Of a stretch of 32,000 bases of DNA, positions 28,744 through 32,000 are shown piece after piece. Under the pieces are notes generated by a model. That model had not been told where the DNA came from. It did no database searches and was given only the letters and a program-made list of their open reading frames with translations. This DNA is from Nitrosopumilus maritimus SCM1 (GTDB lineage: Archaea > Thermoproteota > Nitrososphaeria > Nitrososphaerales > Nitrosopumilaceae), in NCBI RefSeq assembly GCF_000018465.1, contig NC_010085.1, positions 1,170,001 through 1,202,000 of the forward strand. Direction: 5' to 3'. The position numbers were made by a program, and so were the translations under genes. Positions within the stretch are counted from its first letter, which is position 1; each line of letters opens with the position of its first letter.

Positions 28744-29442
28744 TCAAAGTTGAAATTCTGATTTGAAATTATTGTAAAAATTCTTCATATTCGATTTTAC
28801 AGTTGAAATATTTTCATCAATATCAGAACGGATTTTTTTTGGATCGATGTAAGGGATTTTTTGCAATTTTTCTTCAGTGTTATCAAGCCAGAGATTTACC
28901 ATCTCTTCATTTACCTCCAAATGAAATTGCAATCCAACTGCGCTTTTGTATCTGAATGCTTGGTTTTGGTAATGCTCAGATGAGGCTAGATTAATCGCAC
29001 CTTCAGGCAAGTCAAAGGTGTCACCATGCCAATGAAATACAGTAAAGGGGTTTTGAAAGCCAGAAAACAATCCAGAGTTATATGAGACCTGAAGATCATT
29101 GTAAAACCCAATCTCTTTTTTTAGACCAGAGTAAACTTTGCCACCAAATGTTTTTGCAATTAACTGAGAACCCAAACAAATTCCCAAAACAGGAATATTT
29201 TTTTCAACAGAATTTTTGATTAGTTGTTGTTCATCTCTAAGATAAGGCAAATCATCATTTGCACTTTCAGGAGCTCCTAAAATTACAACAAGAGAAAAAT
29301 CTTTGTCTGGAAGTTTCTCATGTTTTGCATTAACTGATGTAATATCAAATCCATCTTTCTTTAACAAGTCACCAAGATATCCAGAACCTTCGATTCTTGT
29401 GTTTTGTACAAGTAATACATCAGACATGTTTTGTATATACAA
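28744..29442 (-). CDS. Class I glutamine amidotransferase domain protein (GMP synthase GATase-like); probable start ATG 29427
   Basis: 'VPVLGICLGSQLIAKTFGG' nucleophile elbow, 'FHWHGDTFDLPEGA', 'AVGLQFHLEVNEEM'. Confidence 0.88.
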   Translation of the reverse strand: MYIQNMSDVLLVQNTRIEGSGYLGDLLKKDGFDITSVNAKHEKLPDKDFSLVVILGAPESANDDLPYLRDEQQLIKNSVEKNIPVLGICLGSQLIAKTFGGKVYSGLKKEIGFYNDLQVSYNSGLFSGFQNPFTVFHWHGDTFDLPEGAINLASSEHYQNQAFRYKSAVGLQFHLEVNEEMVNLWLDNTEEKLQKIPYIDPKKIRSDIDENISTVKSNMKNFYNNFKSEFQL

Positions 29443-29475
29443 AAGTGCTTAATATGTTAAAATGAATTTAGAAGT

Positions 29476-29850
29476 GTGCTCGTTACAGAACAAGAGATTT
29501 CAGAATTACAAAAATTTGTTTTTCAATTGAATTCAGGAAATGGTGTTGTAATAGTTGAAGGTAAAAGAGATTTCAATGCACTAAGAAAGATTGGATATCA
29601 AGGAGAAATTTTAGAATTTCACAAGTTTGGTGGAATCAATAATTTTGCAGACTCTGTTGCTAAATACAAAAAAATTATTCTTTTGTTTGATAGAGACAAA
29701 AAAGGACGATACCTAACTGGTAAAACAATTCAATTACTCCAAAGAAGAACAAAATTGGATCTTTCTTACAAAAAGAAATTACGACAAATTACAAGAGGAA
29801 AGATAATGTTTATTGAACAACTAGTTTGTTACGAGTCTTACTTTGCCTAA
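29476..29850 (+). CDS. Small Toprim-domain protein (archaeal UPF0292/RNase M5-like)
   Basis: 'GVVIVEGKRDFNALRKIG' and 'KIILLFDRDKKGRYLTGKTIQLLQ'. GTG start. Confidence 0.8.
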   Translation: MLVTEQEISELQKFVFQLNSGNGVVIVEGKRDFNALRKIGYQGEILEFHKFGGINNFADSVAKYKKIILLFDRDKKGRYLTGKTIQLLQRRTKLDLSYKKKLRQITRGKIMFIEQLVCYESYFA

Positions 29851-31121
29851 GGCCAGATACCTTTTGTGTTAAAGGCATCAAGAACTCTTTCTACTGCCAA
29901 AACCATGGTTGCTTTTCTCATGTCGATTTTGTGCTTCTTTGATAATGCATAAGCATCTTTGAATCCTTGAGTGATGTTCTTCTCCATCTTGTTTGCAACC
30001 TCATCAAAGGTCCAATAGTAACCCATGTTGTTTTGAACCCACTCCAGGTATGAGATACATACACCACCAGAGTTGGCCAAGATATCAGGAATAACCAAAA
30101 TGTTCTTTTTGTAAATGATTGGGTCTGCTTCAGGTAGTGTTGGACCGTTTGCAGCTTCGGCAATAATTTTACATTTTAGATTTTTAGCAATTTTAGCATC
30201 AATTTGATTTTCCAGTGCACCTGGAACTAGTACATCACATTTTGTTGTAAGTAATTCTTCAGTAGAGATTTTTTTGCTACCAGGGAATCCAACTACGCTT
30301 CCTTTCTTTTGTTTATGTTCAAGGATTTTGCTAACCTTTGCACCTTTTGGAATTGAGATGGAACCTTTAGAGTCACTGACTGCAATTACTTTTGCACCCA
30401 TCTTCTCCAAGTATTCACCTGCAAATGTTGATGCATTACCAAATCCTTGCAAAACAACTTTGGCTCCTTTGAGATTAACTTTCAGTGTCTTTGCAGCTTC
30501 TCTAACGGTATATGCTGCACCTAAACCAGTTGCAACATTTCTTGCAAGAGAACCACCCATTGAGATTGGTTTACCAGTAATAACTCCTGGAGAGTATTTG
30601 TTTCCGTTTAGTTTGCTAAATGTATCCATGATTTGTGTCATCTCTTTTCCTGTTGTGTAAACATCAGGAGCTGGGATGTCTTTTTCTGGACCAATAACTT
30701 CAGAAATTTTATATGCAAATCCACGAGTAAGTCTTTCTAATTCATTTTCACTAAGCTTTTCAGTTTTTGGATTAACGTAAATTCCACCTTTACCGCCACC
30801 TAGTGGAACATCAACAATGGCACATTTCCAAGTCATCCAAGATGAGAGTGCCATGACTTCGCGTTCCATGTACTCAACACCACCTTCTGGGTTGAAGTAT
30901 CTGATACCGCCTTTGTAAGGACCTCTATCGTTATTGTGTTGACTTCTAAAACCGGTGAAAACTCTAACCTTTCCATTATCCATAGTAACTGGAATTTTTA
31001 CTCTGAGAATTCTATTTGGTATTGCAAGATAATCGCGTATACCTTTGTCTTTAATTCCAAGAATATCACATGCATCATTAACCTGTTTTGTTGCATTTGC
31101 AAAAGGATCATTCTTTACCAA
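29847..31121 (-). CDS. gdhA: Glutamate dehydrogenase (TTG start)
   Basis: 'RSQHNNDRGPYKGGIRY', 'TWKCAIVDVPLGGGKGGI', 'GKPISMGGSLARNVATG'. Confidence 0.96.
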   Translation of the reverse strand: MVKNDPFANATKQVNDACDILGIKDKGIRDYLAIPNRILRVKIPVTMDNGKVRVFTGFRSQHNNDRGPYKGGIRYFNPEGGVEYMEREVMALSSWMTWKCAIVDVPLGGGKGGIYVNPKTEKLSENELERLTRGFAYKISEVIGPEKDIPAPDVYTTGKEMTQIMDTFSKLNGNKYSPGVITGKPISMGGSLARNVATGLGAAYTVREAAKTLKVNLKGAKVVLQGFGNASTFAGEYLEKMGAKVIAVSDSKGSISIPKGAKVSKILEHKQKKGSVVGFPGSKKISTEELLTTKCDVLVPGALENQIDAKIAKNLKCKIIAEAANGPTLPEADPIIYKKNILVIPDILANSGGVCISYLEWVQNNMGYYWTFDEVANKMEKNITQGFKDAYALSKKHKIDMRKATMVLAVERVLDAFNTKGIWP

Positions 31122-31195
31122 GACGATCGATCTAGGAATATTCCAATTATATAAGTTTGGTTAAAAATTCCTGATCGCATTTCATAAAATGTGAA

Positions 31196-31579
31196 TTAGA
31201 TGTAGACTTTTTTGTGATTCATCTTTCTGTCCAGTTTATCAATTGCCTCATCTAAAGCAGAGATATTCATTTCAAGAAAGTTAGACAAGTGGAATATTGC
31301 ACCATATTTTTCACCAATTTTTGAGACCATGTTGTTTTTCTCAAGTACTTTCATGTGATGTTGTACGGCTTTGTAATCAAGTTCAAGTTCTTGAGATAAT
31401 TGATGAGTGTTGTATGGTTTATCAAGCAAACTCATAATGATTCTAAGTCTTGTAAATCCACCGCGAGTGCTTGTAAACAAGTAAAATAGTAATTTTCTGG
31501 TTTGTTTATCGGGTTTTCTTTGCTCAGATTCTTGTCTAGATCTAAGAATTTCTTTAAACTCTAGTAATTGATTTGTCAT
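31196..31579 (-). CDS. Winged-helix transcriptional regulator (ArsR-like)
   Basis: 'FTSTRGGFTRLRIIMSLLDKPYNTHQLSQELELDYKAVQHHMKVLEKNNMVSKIG'. Confidence 0.86.
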   Translation of the reverse strand: MTNQLLEFKEILRSRQESEQRKPDKQTRKLLFYLFTSTRGGFTRLRIIMSLLDKPYNTHQLSQELELDYKAVQHHMKVLEKNNMVSKIGEKYGAIFHLSNFLEMNISALDEAIDKLDRKMNHKKVYI

Positions 31580-31689
31580 GTTTCTTAAGGAAGATATGCT
31601 CGTTTTGCTTAAAACAGTATTTCCAGATCTTTTCCATATTCAGCCTCGACAATTACCCTTAAATTGACTGAGGATGAACTCGTGATGAT

Positions 31690-32000
31690 ATGATGGCATC
31701 AAAGGGTTATGATATGACCCCTACAATGTATTCTCCAGACGGCAGAATTTACCAAGTCGAATATGCTATTGAGACTGTAAAAAGAGGAACTTTAGCAATT
31801 GGTGTTGCCAGTAAACAAGGAGTCATCATGGCAGTTGAGGAAAAACCTCGCACATTACAAAGTACTGATGTTACACAGAAAATTTTCCAAGTAGATTATC
31901 ACATTGGTGTTGCAGCAGCAGGATACATCCCAGATGCACGTGTTCAAGTTGACAGTGCAAGATTCTTCTCACAGGGAAACAGAATGACCTATGATGAATC
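31690..32000 (+). CDS. psmA: Proteasome alpha subunit (partial, runs off the window)
   Basis: Translated by hand: (M)MASKGYDMTPTMYSPDGRIYQVEYAIETVKRGTLAIGVASKQGVIMAVEEKPRTLQ... Confidence 0.93.
   Translation, partial: MMASKGYDMTPTMYSPDGRIYQVEYAIETVKRGTLAIGVASKQGVIMAVEEKPRTLQSTDVTQKIFQVDYHIGVAAAGYIPDARVQVDSARFFSQGNRMTYDE

Noticed and set aside
31665-31695. C/D-box-like string (CTGAggATGAactcgTGATGA) before psmA
   Set aside because: No properly spaced D box (CUGA) or terminal C box completes a C/D sRNA; AT-rich promoter and start-codon sequence explains it.

Overview
This window looks like a chromosomal segment of a marine ammonia-oxidizing archaeon (Nitrosopumilus-like Thaumarchaeota/Nitrososphaerota). 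Evidence: AT-rich DNA, archaeal DnaG, Dph5, archaeal proteasome alpha, LysW-dependent Lys/Arg biosynthesis, and a 3-hydroxypropionate/4-hydroxybutyrate cycle gene pair. The backbone is: (i) an accessory-looking block (~0.1-4.9 kb) of extracytoplasmic rhodanese, DsrE-like and metal-binding-like proteins, two small ORFs missing from the supplied track, and two tandem-wHTH regulators; (ii) a NitT/TauT-type ABC transporter; (iii) argG-lysW-lysX/argX-argC/lysY-lysZ-lysJ-Lrp, then a homocitrate-synthase-like gene and a second lysW-lysX/argX-lysK; (iv) dph5, a wHTH-fused RibL-like nucleotidyltransferase, an orphan PAS histidine kinase, UspA, RbkR-type riboflavin kinase, dnaG and an A-type Fe-S carrier; (v) CBS, RHH and wHTH genes, and a cupredoxin; (vi) enoyl-CoA hydratase plus ADP-forming acyl-CoA synthetase, a GATase, a Toprim protein, gdh, a wHTH regulator and psmA (partial). 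Most interesting: the second LysW ends in Gln (EDWGQ) rather than the EDWGE of the first copy, which recalls Pup-GGQ and may imply a deamidation step or a different attachment chemistry. Also notable are a 25-bp near-repeat operator candidate before both a regulator gene and a secreted-protein operon, a secreted protein whose predicted mature N-terminus is His (HGGQ), a cupredoxin with Arg at the usual axial-Met position, and wHTH fusions on both FMN/FAD-forming enzymes. No CRISPR array, rRNA, tRNA or mobile element could be supported. All family calls are by motif recognition, with no database search.
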